Assembly (NCBI GenBank): GCA_013416795.1
Contig: RQSC01000023.1
Span: 89,768 to 153,767, forward strand
Reading direction: 5' to 3'
Length of the DNA: 64,000 nt
Source: Prasinococcaceae sp. CCMP 1430
Lineage: Eukaryota; Plantae; Prasinodermophyta
Under the pieces are notes generated by a model. That model did no database searches. It saw nothing but the letters and a program-made list of their open reading frames with translations, and was not told where the DNA came from. This document shows positions 33,981 through 45,045 of this stretch, piece by piece (the stretch's first letter is position 1; each line of letters begins with the position of its first letter). The translations under genes and the position numbers were made by a program.

Positions 33981-36699
33981 ATGGCGCCCCGGCGAGGCTC
34001 GGCGCTGGTGGCAGTCGCGGCACTCACGATGGCCGGGGCGCTCGGCACGCTGGACGGTGCCGCAGCACAGGCACGCCGCGCTGCGCGCCCACGCCCGCGC
34101 CTCGCAGCCGCGGCGCACGGCGGTGCGCGCGATAGTATTTGCCCCCCGCGCACGGATGCTAACACGACCTTCGTGGGCCTCATCATGATGTTCCGCATTC
34201 CCCCGCGCTCTCATGTAGGGCGTCGGCGGCGCGGTGACGACCGTTTGCAAGGTCGTGAGCGACGGTGTGCTCGACGGCATCTGCGCGTCGCGATTCAGGT
34301 ACCCCACTGGAGTCAGCGTCATTAGGGACGAGGTCTGTGTGCCAGCGGTGGCGGGCTGCGTGCGGCCTTGCAAGGTCGACGCGTGCGTCCCGTGGTGGAG
34401 CTGCAGCCGCTGCAAAAAATGGGGCGTACCGTACCCGTGCAAGTGCAAGTGGTCGCCCGCATGCTCCAGCGTTGACTCTGTGTGCTGGCATCCGCCGTCG
34501 GAGTGCAATGACATCTGTGCCACATTGCCGGTCGACCTCGAGATCGAGTGGACACCCTTCCCTTCCGTGTGCGACATCCCCATAGTGGGCACGGCAATCG
34601 AGACGGTCAAGAATGCCATTGCGGCGCTGCTCAGTCTGTGCCCTGTCCTCGGAGCGGTAGTTGGCGCGCTCGCGGACATAGTATCGTTCGATACGGTCAA
34701 GCAGATCGCCGCGGGCAACATCGTGAGCACCGCGACGCAGAGTATCGCAGACGTGGTCTTCGCAGTCATCGACTCGGCGCTCCCGATCCTTGACAACAAG
34801 CTCATGGAAGTGGCGGCGCTCAAAGCGAGGGCGCCTGCAGGGGCGCTGATGGCGGTCGGCACGCCCATCGACCTTCAGGCATACTTCAGGTTCGCCGTGG
34901 CGATGGTCGGAGCCGCCACGGTGCCCGCCGCGCCCGACAATCCGGTCGTGGTCGAGCTCAAGAACGTCCTTGTCGGCATGTTCAATGGCGTCAAGGACGG
35001 CCTCGTCCAAGGCCTGAAGGACTACGCCATCGCACAGCTGGTCGACCCGCTCGCGCAAACCTTCGACGCGCTCCTCAAGTGGGCGGAGTATCTGCGTGGC
35101 AAGCTCGAGGCGGCCAATGATGACGCGCTGGCATGCTACGACGCTCTCGGCCTTGACGTGGTCGGCGCGCTGCAGAAAGCTGTCAGCGGCTTGCTCGCAC
35201 TCGCAGAGGCGCCCGTGGCGTCGCTTCCGGCGGTCAGATCCGGCATCACCGATGCGCTGGACTCGCTGGGCAACCTCGATGGCATCGTTGCTGACTACGC
35301 GAAAGATCTTCTCGGTCGGCTGGCCAAGCTCGACTTGCCCTCGCTCACCGACCCCATCGATTGGATCCTCTCAGACCGCGGGCCATTCGGCAAGCTCAAG
35401 CTCGCCACGCAGGGGCTAGTGGCGGCCGTCAAGGCGCCCTCGCAGCTGGCCGCCGGGCTGAGGGAGGTGGCGACGGAGCTTCCGTCCGACGCCCTCCTCC
35501 TCCCCGACGCCGCGGCGTGTTCGTGCGAGATCGACCGGGCGGTGAGGGGCGTGCGCTCGCTGCTGGACGAGCTCTCCGACATGTTTTCGAGCGTCTCCGA
35601 TGACGCCTTCGACTTCGACGTGGGGAGCCTCGATGCCGACTTTGGATTTGAGGGCTTTTCGCACTGGATTCCGATCACCCTGCCTACGGTGGACGTGGGC
35701 TTTGAGGAGAAGACGTTCGGTCATGAGCTGTTGCCGGCAGTGTCCATCGTCGTCCCGATTCCTGTACTGGACGTCGACCTGGACGGATTGTCGGTCGACG
35801 TGCCCCTCCCGCCGGGCTTCATTCCGTGGCTGCGATTCGAAGGGCTGCCAACTATCAGCATCGACGTGCCCGCCGAGCCACCACTCAACGAAACGCCGTG
35901 CGTCGACGTCATACCGGAGCTGCCGCCAAACTGCACCGACGCAGGCGGCACGTGCGGCACCGCCGAGGCGTGCGAGGCCCAGTCGCTGGGCATCGTCGCG
36001 GACGCGCTCAGCTGCCCGAGCGGCGGCGGCGTGTGCTGCCTGGGCTGGGACGGCGACACGACGTGCGGGGAGGGCTGCACGTGGAGCATGGTGGGCGACG
36101 GCGAATGCCAGGGCAGCTGCTTCGACGCGGGCGAGGGGTGCGCGTACGACGCCGCCGACTGCATCGGCGTGATGGGCGACGGCAAACTGGGGTTGCTCGA
36201 GTGCGCCCTGGGCTGCACGCTGTCGATGCTGGCCAACGGCGTGTGCGACTCGCCCTGCGCGGTGCCGGCATGCGCGATGGACGCCGCCGACTGCCTGAGC
36301 GCGCTTCCCGGCCCAGCTCTGCCTGTCAATGGCACAGGCGGTCCGACAGAAGAGCCCAGCTGGGCGCCGTCCGGCTCCTGGAGCCAGTCTCCGTCTGGCT
36401 CGCCGCTCAATTCACCCAGCCAGTCTCCAACGGGCGAGCCGACGGGCTCGCCGCTCAGCTCACCCAGCCAGTCTCCGTCGCATTCGCCGTTCGAGCCGCC
36501 GACCATGGCCCCCACTACCCAGCCCACGCACTCGCCGCTCGAGCCGCCGACCTTGGCACCCACCGTTGAACCGACGCAGCAGCCCACGCACTCGCCGCTC
36601 GAGCCGCCGACGATGGCACCCACGACTGCGCCGACGCAGCAACCCACGTACTGGTACTACTCGTGGTACGACTACTACGGCTTCGACTACGGCGACTAG
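33981..36699 (+). CDS. Secreted/surface protein with Cys-rich N-terminus, helical middle, two LNR (Notch-like) repeats and Pro/Thr/Ser stalk; GC-AG intron 34071..34218
   Basis: Signal peptide. CGEGCTWSMVGDGECQGSC...YDAADC and CALGCTLSMLANGVCDSPC...MDAADC are LNR-like. PTxxPT repeats follow. TGTAA at 36727-36731. Confidence 0.8.
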
Positions 36700-37119
36700 T
36701 TGTATCGCCAATGGGGCCGCCGATGATGTAATGAGCTCCTGCTGCCCGTCCGCCTGCTGGAGCAGCTGCATGACAGGATCGAAGAGGCGAGAGAGCGACA
36801 CCGCACACGAGGGCGCATTCAAGCTGACGCCGCGTTCCCACCACCGCGCTCGAGCAAGCCCCGTTTGCAGCAGGGCGACAGCGCGGAGCGCGCGCGCGCG
36901 TGCGCGTGGTGGGCGAGGGGGGACGTGTTTACTGTACTGTACATGTAGTCTAACAAAAAAAAAGGTGTCCTGCCACCACCTCTCGACAGAGCGACCAGGG
37001 GCGCACGCCGCGAGCGAGCGTGCGCGCGCCGCTGGCTCTGCGCATGTTTCTACTATACCATTCTGCGCCGGTAGGTGCACTCTTCAAGCTCGATCGCGCG
37101 GGATCGGTCGGAGGCGCTA

Positions 37120-37408
37120 TTATGCGTTTCGTCGCGCGTGTGCTCACCGCCTGTCGCGCGAGAGCGCTCACCGCGCGCCGCCGGTGCCGCCGGTGCCGTT
37201 GGGCGAGACGCAGACGCACGCCGTGAAGGGCGCCCCCGGGCAAGACGAGCAGATCGGGCAGCGCGCGGAGGTCGACATGTACCACATGAGCCCGCCAGCC
37301 TTTCCCGGCGCGCTCGCCTTGTCCGCGAGCGGCGGCCGCGGCGGCGCCGCGCGCCACGACCGCCTCTTGTGGCACGACTCGGACACCGACGCATTCGAAT
37401 TGATATGA
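37120..37408 (+). pseudogene. Coding-like fragment ending at the start of the duplicated block
   Basis: High-GC3 frame PPVPLGETQTHAVKG...LWHDSDTDAFELI*. The nearest ATG (MRFVARVLTA) is in another frame. Confidence 0.35.
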
Positions 37409-37821
37409 GATCCAGCCACCGAAAAACGCCGCTTTTATTTTTTTTGTCATTAGTGTCGAAGGCGTGCGCCGAGCGGCGCGCGAGGTTGAGGTTTGGATCT
37501 TCCCGCCAAAACTTGGGGTGAAACGGAAGCGCATGTGTAGGGTTTGGAGGTGGGCCCGGAATTTGGTTGCATTTGATGAGGAGCCCCTTCAACCGTCGAA
37601 ACGGCTGTTCGAGTGGCGCGCATATCAAATTGAATGGAGCGAATTTGATGAATCATCGCCGCGGCGCGGGCGGGAGGGTGGGGGAGCGGGCGGGCGCGGC
37701 ACAACGAGCGCCGCGGCCGCCTCGTCCCACCGCTGAGAGAGAGTCACCGCCCACCATGGCGACCACCTTGCGCTCGCTCGGCCTGGCCAAGGCGTTTGGC
37801 GGCGCGGCCGCGCGCGCGCCG
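37390..37821 (+). repeat. 432-bp direct repeat, copy 1 (promoter plus first codons of TL15B)
   Basis: Matches 38584..39015 at offset 1194; the ORF track shows identical ORFs at that offset. Confidence 0.95.
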
Positions 37822-38583
37822 GCGCTGCAGTGTGACGCCCGCGCCGCACCGCCGCCACGCGCACCGCCGCGTCCACGACCGTTACAGCTCGGCGGGGCAC
37901 ACATTCAGGTTTTAAGAAATCAGGGTCTACATAATTTGCCACGTTGCATGTAATTATACGTCGCCGCCACCGCTCGCGTGGCGTTTAGGTTTCGAAGGCC
38001 TCGAAGTGCACGCGCGCGCCGGGAAGATCTGCTCTGGCGGAGGAGTCACGCGCGTGCAAGACATTAGGGTATAGTAAAATAGGGTTATCATATTTCGTGA
38101 AGGGTATGTAATTTGACGTGTAGTTTTTTGGGGTGTGGTTTGGGGTTGGTCGCGGCCCGCGTGTGTGCGCGAATCGCCAGTCACTCCGCTCGCGGCCTGG
38201 CGGGTGACCATCCAGGGCTGCGTCAGCACACGGCACTCGGCACACGCCACGCCGCCCGCCCCGGCGCGTGGGGCGCGGCGCCCGGGTCGTTTCCCTGGTC
38301 GGCGGCGGCTCGACCGCCGCCACCCCGCGCCGGCGACCGGCGCAGCCAGCCAGGGGAATGATGGGGCGTCGAGGCCTTCTTCCCCCTGGCTGGCCTGCCA
38401 TCTGCGAGGCTGCAGTTTAGGTTTCCGGGGAGCCAAACTTAGGGTGAAAATGGGGTGGAGTCACTTTGTAGGGTTTGAAATCGCCTCTCGAACACTATGC
38501 CTTAAGCTAGATCAAAGCTCATGTGAAAAAGTGATTTAACTCGGAATTGTTTGGGAGAAAATGCGGGAGAAAATGCGGCTGCG

Positions 38584-39015
38584 CGCATTCGAATTGATAT
38601 GAGATCCAGCCACCGAAAAACGCCGCTTTTATTTTTTTTGTCATTAGTGTCGAAGGCGTGCGCCGAGCGGCGCGCGAGGTTGAGGTTTGGATCTTCCCGC
38701 CAAAACTTGGGGTGAAACGGAAGCGCATGTGTAGGGTTTGGAGGTGGGCCCGGAATTTGGTTGCATTTGATGAGGAGCCCCTTCAACCGTCGAAACGGCT
38801 GTTCGAGTGGCGCGCATATCAAATTGAATGGAGCGAATTTGATGAATCATCGCCGCGGCGCGGGCGGGAGGGTGGGGGAGCGGGCGGGCGCGGCACAACG
38901 AGCGCCGCGGCCGCCTCGTCCCACCGCTGAGAGAGAGTCACCGCCCACCATGGCGACCACCTTGCGCTCGCTCGGCCTGGCCAAGGCGTTTGGCGGCGCG
39001 GCCGCGCGCGCGCCG
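38584..39015 (+). repeat. 432-bp direct repeat, copy 2
   Basis: Matches 37390..37821 and continues into the intact TL15B gene. Confidence 0.95.
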
Positions 39016-39988
39016 CGCGCCGCCGTCGTGANNNNNNNNNNNNNNNNNNNNNNNNNNNNNNNNNNNNNNNNNNNNNNNNNNNNNNNNNNNNNNNNNNNNN
39101 NNNNNNNNNAAAGTCTCTATGAGTGCGCGTTCGAAGGCGCTGCGCTCGGCGTTCGCGCTCGGTGCGGCCGCCGCGCTCGGCGTTGGCGCTCCCGCCGCGC
39201 TCCCCCCGCCCGCGCTCGCGCGCCTTGAGGGCGTCAACAAGCCAGAGCTGCTGCCGGACGGCCCCGTCGTTCCCGTGGTCGACGTCGCGGGTTACCTCAC
39301 GCAGGGCGAGATCAAGCGCCTCACCGCGCAGGTCGAGGGAATCGAGGAGGACCTGGGCATCAAGGTGCGCGTCCTCGCGCAGAACTACCCCGAAACGCCA
39401 GGCCTGGCCGTGCGCGACTACTGGGGCGTCGACGATGACACCATCGTGTTTGTGGCCGATCCAACCCTGGGCAACATTCTCAACTTCAACGTCGGGTCGA
39501 ACGTCGACCTCGCGGTCCCGCAGTCGTTCTGGACGCGGCTCGCGGGCAAGTATGGCACGCCGTTCTACTTTGAGGAGGCGGGGCCAGAGGCGTCCATCGT
39601 GAACGCCGTGAGCGCGATCAATAGCTGTCTGCGCGAGGAGGAGGGACGCGGCAAGTGCTCCACAGTCCTGGGCGAGTTCGACGAGGAGAACGCTCCCAGG
39701 AAGAAGAAGGGACTGCGGCTCGTCCGCGCCGCACCTCGCCGCCTCGCCCACCCGCGCCCCCGCGCGCGCCGCTGCGCGGCCCCGCCAAGTGCGCAGGTGC
39801 GACAGGCGCTGCGAGCTCACGCCCGCCACATGCGCGTGCGCATATCTGTCGCACCAGCTGTTACACGTCGTACGCACCGCCTCCACCGCTCGCGTTGCCG
39901 TCGAAGCGCAATACGAAATAGTCTACGAAAATTCATGCGTGATATATTAGCAAAGCTATATGAGAATGAAAACGCGGAAGTGAGGTAA
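38950..39988 (+). CDS. TL15B: Thylakoid lumenal 15 kDa protein 2-like (TPM-fold); gap in transit peptide, C-terminal end uncertain
   Basis: RLEGVNKPELLP, VDVAGYL, RVLAQNYPETPGLAVRDYW, FVADPTLGNILNFNVG and SFWTRLAGKYG, preceded by a hydrophobic ALA lumen-targeting segment. Confidence 0.85.
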
Positions 39989-40289
39989 ATTTTGGGCAAT
40001 TGAAAATTGAAAGCGGGCGCAATCTGCGCCGCGTAGATTTGCCACACTTTTCCGCGACGTGTGGTGCGCGGGGCGCGCGCGCGAGCGAGAGGGAGCGAGA
40101 GGGAGCGAGGGAGAGGGTGTGGGTGGGTGGAGGGCGCGCGCGCGAGGGGGAGGGGGTCGGTGAAGGCGGCGCGGGCCTCGTCTCCGCGCGGTCCGCGCGG
40201 CTGGGGGGGGCGTGCGTGTGCTACTGTATATCGGTGCGTTCTACAAAAAAGGGTTGGTGTGGTGCGCCGCGGGCGCGCTCACTTCCTGC

Positions 40290-40838
40290 CGGGGGCCGGC
40301 GCGGCCTCGTCGGCGTCGGCGTCGCCGGCCTTGGCCTTGGGGATCGGCAGGAAGGCGCGGGCGGGCGTCTGCGGTGGGCGTGCGGCAGAGGCGAGGGCGT
40401 GGCGTCAGACGCCCGTGCGCTGGGCGCGGAGGAGGGCGGCGAGGGTCGCGCCCGCCGCCGACAGCGTGCCTGCAACGAGGAGAGTGCCCTGGCACGTCCG
40501 TGCGGGCGCGCCGGCGCGGCCCGCGCAGCCGGCGCGGAGCGTCAAGGCGCAGCCCGTGCAGCTGCCGGGCGCGAAGCCCGTGAGGAAGGTGCGAAGCTGT
40601 GGGGCTGCGCGGATCCCGCTGCTGCACCATGGCGCGCAGGAGCGCCTCCCTCGCCTCCGCGCGCGCGAGTGGCACTGCTGACGCCGGCGTGGATCTCGCC
40701 CAACACCCGCGGGCCTCCCAGGGGCTCAAGCGCGCGCAGACGCCCAGCGCCAAGACGTCCAGCGAGGAGACCTACGCGCCCTGCCCCATTTGCTCGCCCT
40801 GCCCGTGCGAGTGCGGCTCGTTCCGCGAGAACCCCTGA
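40290..40838 (+). CDS. Possible small protein ending in CPICSPCPCEC; structure unresolved
   Basis: Either an ATG in ACCATGG context at 40629, or an upstream exon spliced through 40589..40739. Confidence 0.3.
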
Positions 40839-41200
40839 TCGGGGCCTTCTGAAGTGAGCGCCCACGCATGGCACACGCGGCGTGGCATTTTCTGACGTAC
40901 GCACAACGGGCGTGCACCGCCACACGGGGGCAGGGGAGCACACGGCGGCACCGTCCCTCATCGACGTCGCGCCGCTGCGGTGCGCGGCGGCCGGCATAAG
41001 GAATACTCCGTTGGTACATCGGGCGACGCGAACGTGGCGCGCCACGCGACCGCGCGGCCGCGTCCGCCGGCGCGCCCCTGTTCCTCTGCCAGCGACTTCG
41101 TTGTCGACGACGTGCTTTACCACTTCGTTCGAAGCGCTTCGGTCCTACTCTAGTGTGTGTGTGTTGTGTGTGAGAAAAAGAGAGAGAACGCTAGTGCTGG

Positions 41201-41555
41201 CTACTCCACGAACGACCAGCCGCTGTCTCCGAACACGTCCCCTTTCGTGGCGAGGTTGCTGCGCCGCCCTCCACGCTGCTCTTTCCTCTCGTCTGCCCGC
41301 GTCGGCTGCTCGGTCACAGCATCTGCGTTCGCTCCCTCGCGCGACGCGCGCGAGCGCTCGCTCCCCGTGGCCGGCAGCGGCTCGTCCGCGTCGCCAGACT
41401 TGGCGTTGGGCGTCCTCGCCACTGCCGCCTACGAGCAGACGCGGGTGCACGCGGGGCGCGATGCACGCAGGTGTTAGCGGTTTATGTGTACTGCAGGCGT
41501 GCGTGTTGTGTTCGGGCCTGCGCACAACCTGCAGCGGGGCGGCGGGCGTGCAGCA

Positions 41556-41591
<36 letters not shown>

Positions 41592-41732
41592 CAGCGCGAG
41601 CGCTGCTCTGCGCGTCCGACCGGCGAGTCGCACCTTCCTCCGCGGCCGCGCGGGCGCGGCCGGCCTGGCGGTGAGGCTCGGCGCTGCCGCAGCGGCGAGC
41701 AGCGTGACGAGGCTGAGAGGGCAGGCGGCCAT
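41201..41732 (-). CDS. Small two-exon protein (about 108 aa) with hydrophobic N-terminus; intron 41429..41633
   Basis: GCCGCCATGG start, phase-0 GT-AG intron with GCTAAC and a (CA)n tract, ends GDVFGDSGWSFVE. Confidence 0.55.
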
Positions 41733-42905
41733 GGCGGCCGGGCTNNNNNNNNNNNNNNNNNNNNNNNNNNNNNNNNNNNNNNNNNNNNNNNNNNNNNNNN
41801 NNNNNNNNNNNNNNNNNNNNNNNNNNNNNNNNNNNNNNNNNNNNNNNNNNNNNNNNNNNNNNNNNNNNNNNNNNNNNNNNNNNNNNNNNNNNNNNNNNNN
41901 NNNNNNNNNNNNNNNNNNNNNNNNNNNNNNNNNNNNNNNNNNNNNNNNNNNNNNNNNNNNNNNNNNNNNNNNNNNNNNNNNNNNNNNNNNNNNNNNNNNN
42001 NNNNNNNNNNNNNNNNNNNNNNNNNNNNNNNNNNNNNNNNNNNNNNNNNNNNNNNNNNNNNNNNNNNNNNNNNNNNNNNNNNNNNNNNNNNNNNNNNNNN
42101 NNNNNNNNNNNNNNNNNNNNNNNNNNNNNNNNNNNNNNNNNNNNNNNNNNNNNNNNNNNNNNNNNNNNNNNNNNNNNNNNNNNNNNNNNNNNNNNNNNNN
42201 NNNNNNNNNNNNNNNNNNNNNNNNNNNNNNNNNNNNNNNNNNNNNNNNNNNNNNNNNNNNNNNNNNNNNNNNNNNNNNNNNNNNNNNNNNNNNNNNNNNN
42301 NNNNNNNNNNNNNNNNNNNNNNNNNNNNNNNNNNNNNNNNNNNNNNNNNNNNNNNNNNNNNNNNNNNNNNNNNNNNNNNNNNNNNNNNNNNNNNNNNNNN
42401 NNNNNNNNNNNNNNNNNNNNNNNNNNNNNNNNNNNNNNNNNNNNNNNNNNNNNNNNNNNNNNNNNNNNNNNNNNNNNNNNNNNNNNNNNNNNNNNNNNNN
42501 NNNNNNNNNNNNNNNNNNNNNNNNNNNNNNNNNNNNNNNNNNNNNNNNNNNNNNNNNNNNNNNNNNNNNNNNNNNNNNNNNNNNNNNNNNNNNNNNNNNN
42601 NNNNNNNGCGCGCGAGCGGTGCGCCCGAGGATCGAGGCCGGTCCGAAGCCGAGCGGTCGGTGCGTGCCGCGCGAGCCCTCGGCACTGCCTGGGAGTCGGA
42701 ACCTGCGCGCGCGCGGGGTGTGACCGCCCCGACGCCGGCACACGCCCGCGCGCGCGCGCGCGCGCGCGCGCGCGCGACAGTCACTGCGTCGCCGAATCGC
42801 TGGCCACACAAGAACAGAATTCCCCCCACGTGGTATAACCGCCGGCGACGCGAAGGGACCCCACCGCAGCAGACGCGCAAAGCCGTGCAGTTTGGTACTG
42901 GGGCC

Positions 42906-42936
42906 AAACCCTAAAACCCTAAAACTATAACCCTAA
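42906..42936 (+). promoter_or_regulatory. Telo-box cluster / short interstitial telomere-like repeat
   Basis: AAACCCTA twice in tandem (CCCTAAAA period 8) followed by AACCCTAA. Confidence 0.6.
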
Positions 42937-43728
42937 CAAAAACAACGAGCGTTGCACGGCAACATTCGGTGGTGGGACGGAGAACTGGTCTGGCTGGCTG
43001 GCCGGGTGGTGGCGCCGGGCGGAGCCCAGGAACGGACCCGGAAACGCGCGCGCCGCGCGCCGGCGAGCCGCGCGAGACCCGCCGCCGAGGAGCCCAGGGA
43101 CGGGCCCGGACACGCGCGCGCCCGCCCGCACTTCTTCAGCTCGTCATTCATTACGGCGATTGCGCAATTCGCTCATCTCGCGCGAATCCCAACTTCGTTG
43201 CGGTGACCGAAAAGTGAGTTTGCGCTGGCCTCATGCATGCACAATCATGGCCAGTTTACGCTTTCGTGGGTGCGAAAAAGGAGTGAAATATCTCTTACGC
43301 AATTCATTCGTCATCACGACGGGCGCGGCGTGCTCGTGACTTCGCTCGATGCATCGAGAGCCTGGCGGGGCGTCGAGGGCCTGGCTGGGCAGAGGACTCG
43401 GCGGGGCGGGCGGGCGCGGGAGTGAGAGCACTTGGCTGCCCCGCGCGGTGGCCCGGCCGGGCGAAGGATTCGGTGCGCGATGACGCGACCCGCGCTGGCC
43501 TGAGCCGGCACGCGGCCTGTCGGCCGGCGATTTCTTTAGCCTAGTGACTATGGAGCGATGAGGACACAGTGCAGCAAGTTTTGTCTTACCAAGGCGGTTG
43601 ACGTACTGTACGCGCAGATCAAATTGAAAGCGCTTTCTTGCCCTCTTCAGAATGATAGAGTTGATATCAAAACGAAAGCGCAATGCAATGGTGCCACGTG
43701 GGCGAAAGGGCACGGAAGCCGGACGGAT

Positions 43729-43929
43729 GAGAAAACTCCAGTGTGCGAGCTTTCACGCGCCAGAAATTTCAGTTTTACGCGCTTTTCGGCGTGGGGGCTG
43801 GGTTTGCGCGTTTTTTTAGGAAGCGTGCGCCGGTTTTTTACGAGTATGTGGCTCGGACATGTCCCGCCGAAAAGCCCGTAAAACTGAAATTTCTGGCACG
43901 TGAAAGCTCGTAAACTGGATTTTTTTCTC
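43729..43929. mobile_element. 201-bp MITE-like element with about 63-bp terminal inverted repeats
   Basis: 43729..43791 is the near-perfect reverse complement of 43865..43929; flanked by GAAGCCGGA(C/T)GGAT direct repeats. Confidence 0.8.
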
Positions 43930-44349
43930 GAAGCCGGATGGATGGCTGGCGCAGGCTGGCCGAAGCGGCAGGCGGGCAGGCGGACGGACGGAGCGCGCGC
44001 GCGCGCGCGCGCGCGCGCGGGCGGGCGGTGAGGGAGGGGAGGTGCCGCGCCTTGCGTCCTCCTCACGCCGCCCCCCTCGCCGCCTCACGCGCGTTACGTC
44101 CCCCTCGCCGTGGCGGTGGGCGGGCGGTCATCGCGCCCGCGGCGCACGGGGAGTGTGACCAAGCTCTTGGGCTCTGGTGCGCGGGCTGCTCCCGGTGCCG
44201 CGCGGCAGTGAGCGACGGGCAGTGAGAGGCGACAGTTACGGTATTTCCGGTCGGGGAACGGGTCGCGTGTGCGCGCGGGGGCGCGGGGGTAGTGAGGGCG
44301 CGCGCGCGCCCCGCGGCGCCACACCGCGCACACCAGGCGAGGGTCACCG

Positions 44350-44845
44350 ATGGCCGCCACGTCAGACTACCGCGCGCCCGGCCAGCCCCTGCGCGGCGCG
44401 TCGCTGTACTCGCCGCTCGCGCTCTACCTGGCGCAGCACAACGCCGCCATCACCAACCGGCTGGCGCGCGGCGCCTCGCTCCGCGAGTGCACGCAGCAGC
44501 TGTACCACGCAGAGTTTGCGAACGTGGGAGTGCCGCGGCCGTCCAGTCACGGCCACGGCCACCACAGGCATTGACAGCGGCGGCTGTCGACCGACGGCGC
44601 CCAGCGCAGCGACGACCCCGGGTGGCGCGAGCTGCTGAGGGATGGTCGAGGCCTGGCCCTACTACGCAAGTGCTGAGGAGGAGGAGCAGTGCGGCTTTCT
44701 GCAGACGCTCATGCCGTACGACGCGACACCGGGCGGGCGCGTCTGGCTCGTGCTCGACGTGGAGCCGGCCCGAGTGGCGGGGGATGTCGCGGCGCCGCCG
44801 CTCATACTCCCGCTGGGCGTCTCGGCTCCTGGCGCGCCGGAGTGA
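44350..44845 (+). pseudogene. Disrupted or unusually decoded small gene
   Basis: Coding-like segments (YSPLALYLAQHN; DDPGWRELLR; MVEAWPYY...RVWLVLDV) are split by TGA codons and a frame change near 44640. Confidence 0.4.
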
Positions 44846-45045
44846 TCGACCGCGCGGACGAGGCGCGCCGCCGGCTGTACTGACTGAAGCGAGCGAGCGA
44901 ACGCGGCGCGATCGACGGGGAGGTGCCCACCCGCACGCCGTCGTCGCACGCAGAGCAGGGGGGCAGACGATCGTCGACCTCCGACGCGCGCGAGCGAAGT
45001 AACATATGTTTTAATGTGTATCCACTCGCCCCGTCCAGCGCATGT

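Noticed and set aside
42906-42936. True chromosome end or telomere
   Set aside because: Only about three units, with genes on both sides.
44875-44915. SECIS-like TGA...AA...GA downstream of the disrupted gene
   Set aside because: The upper stem does not pair and the loop spacing is too short.
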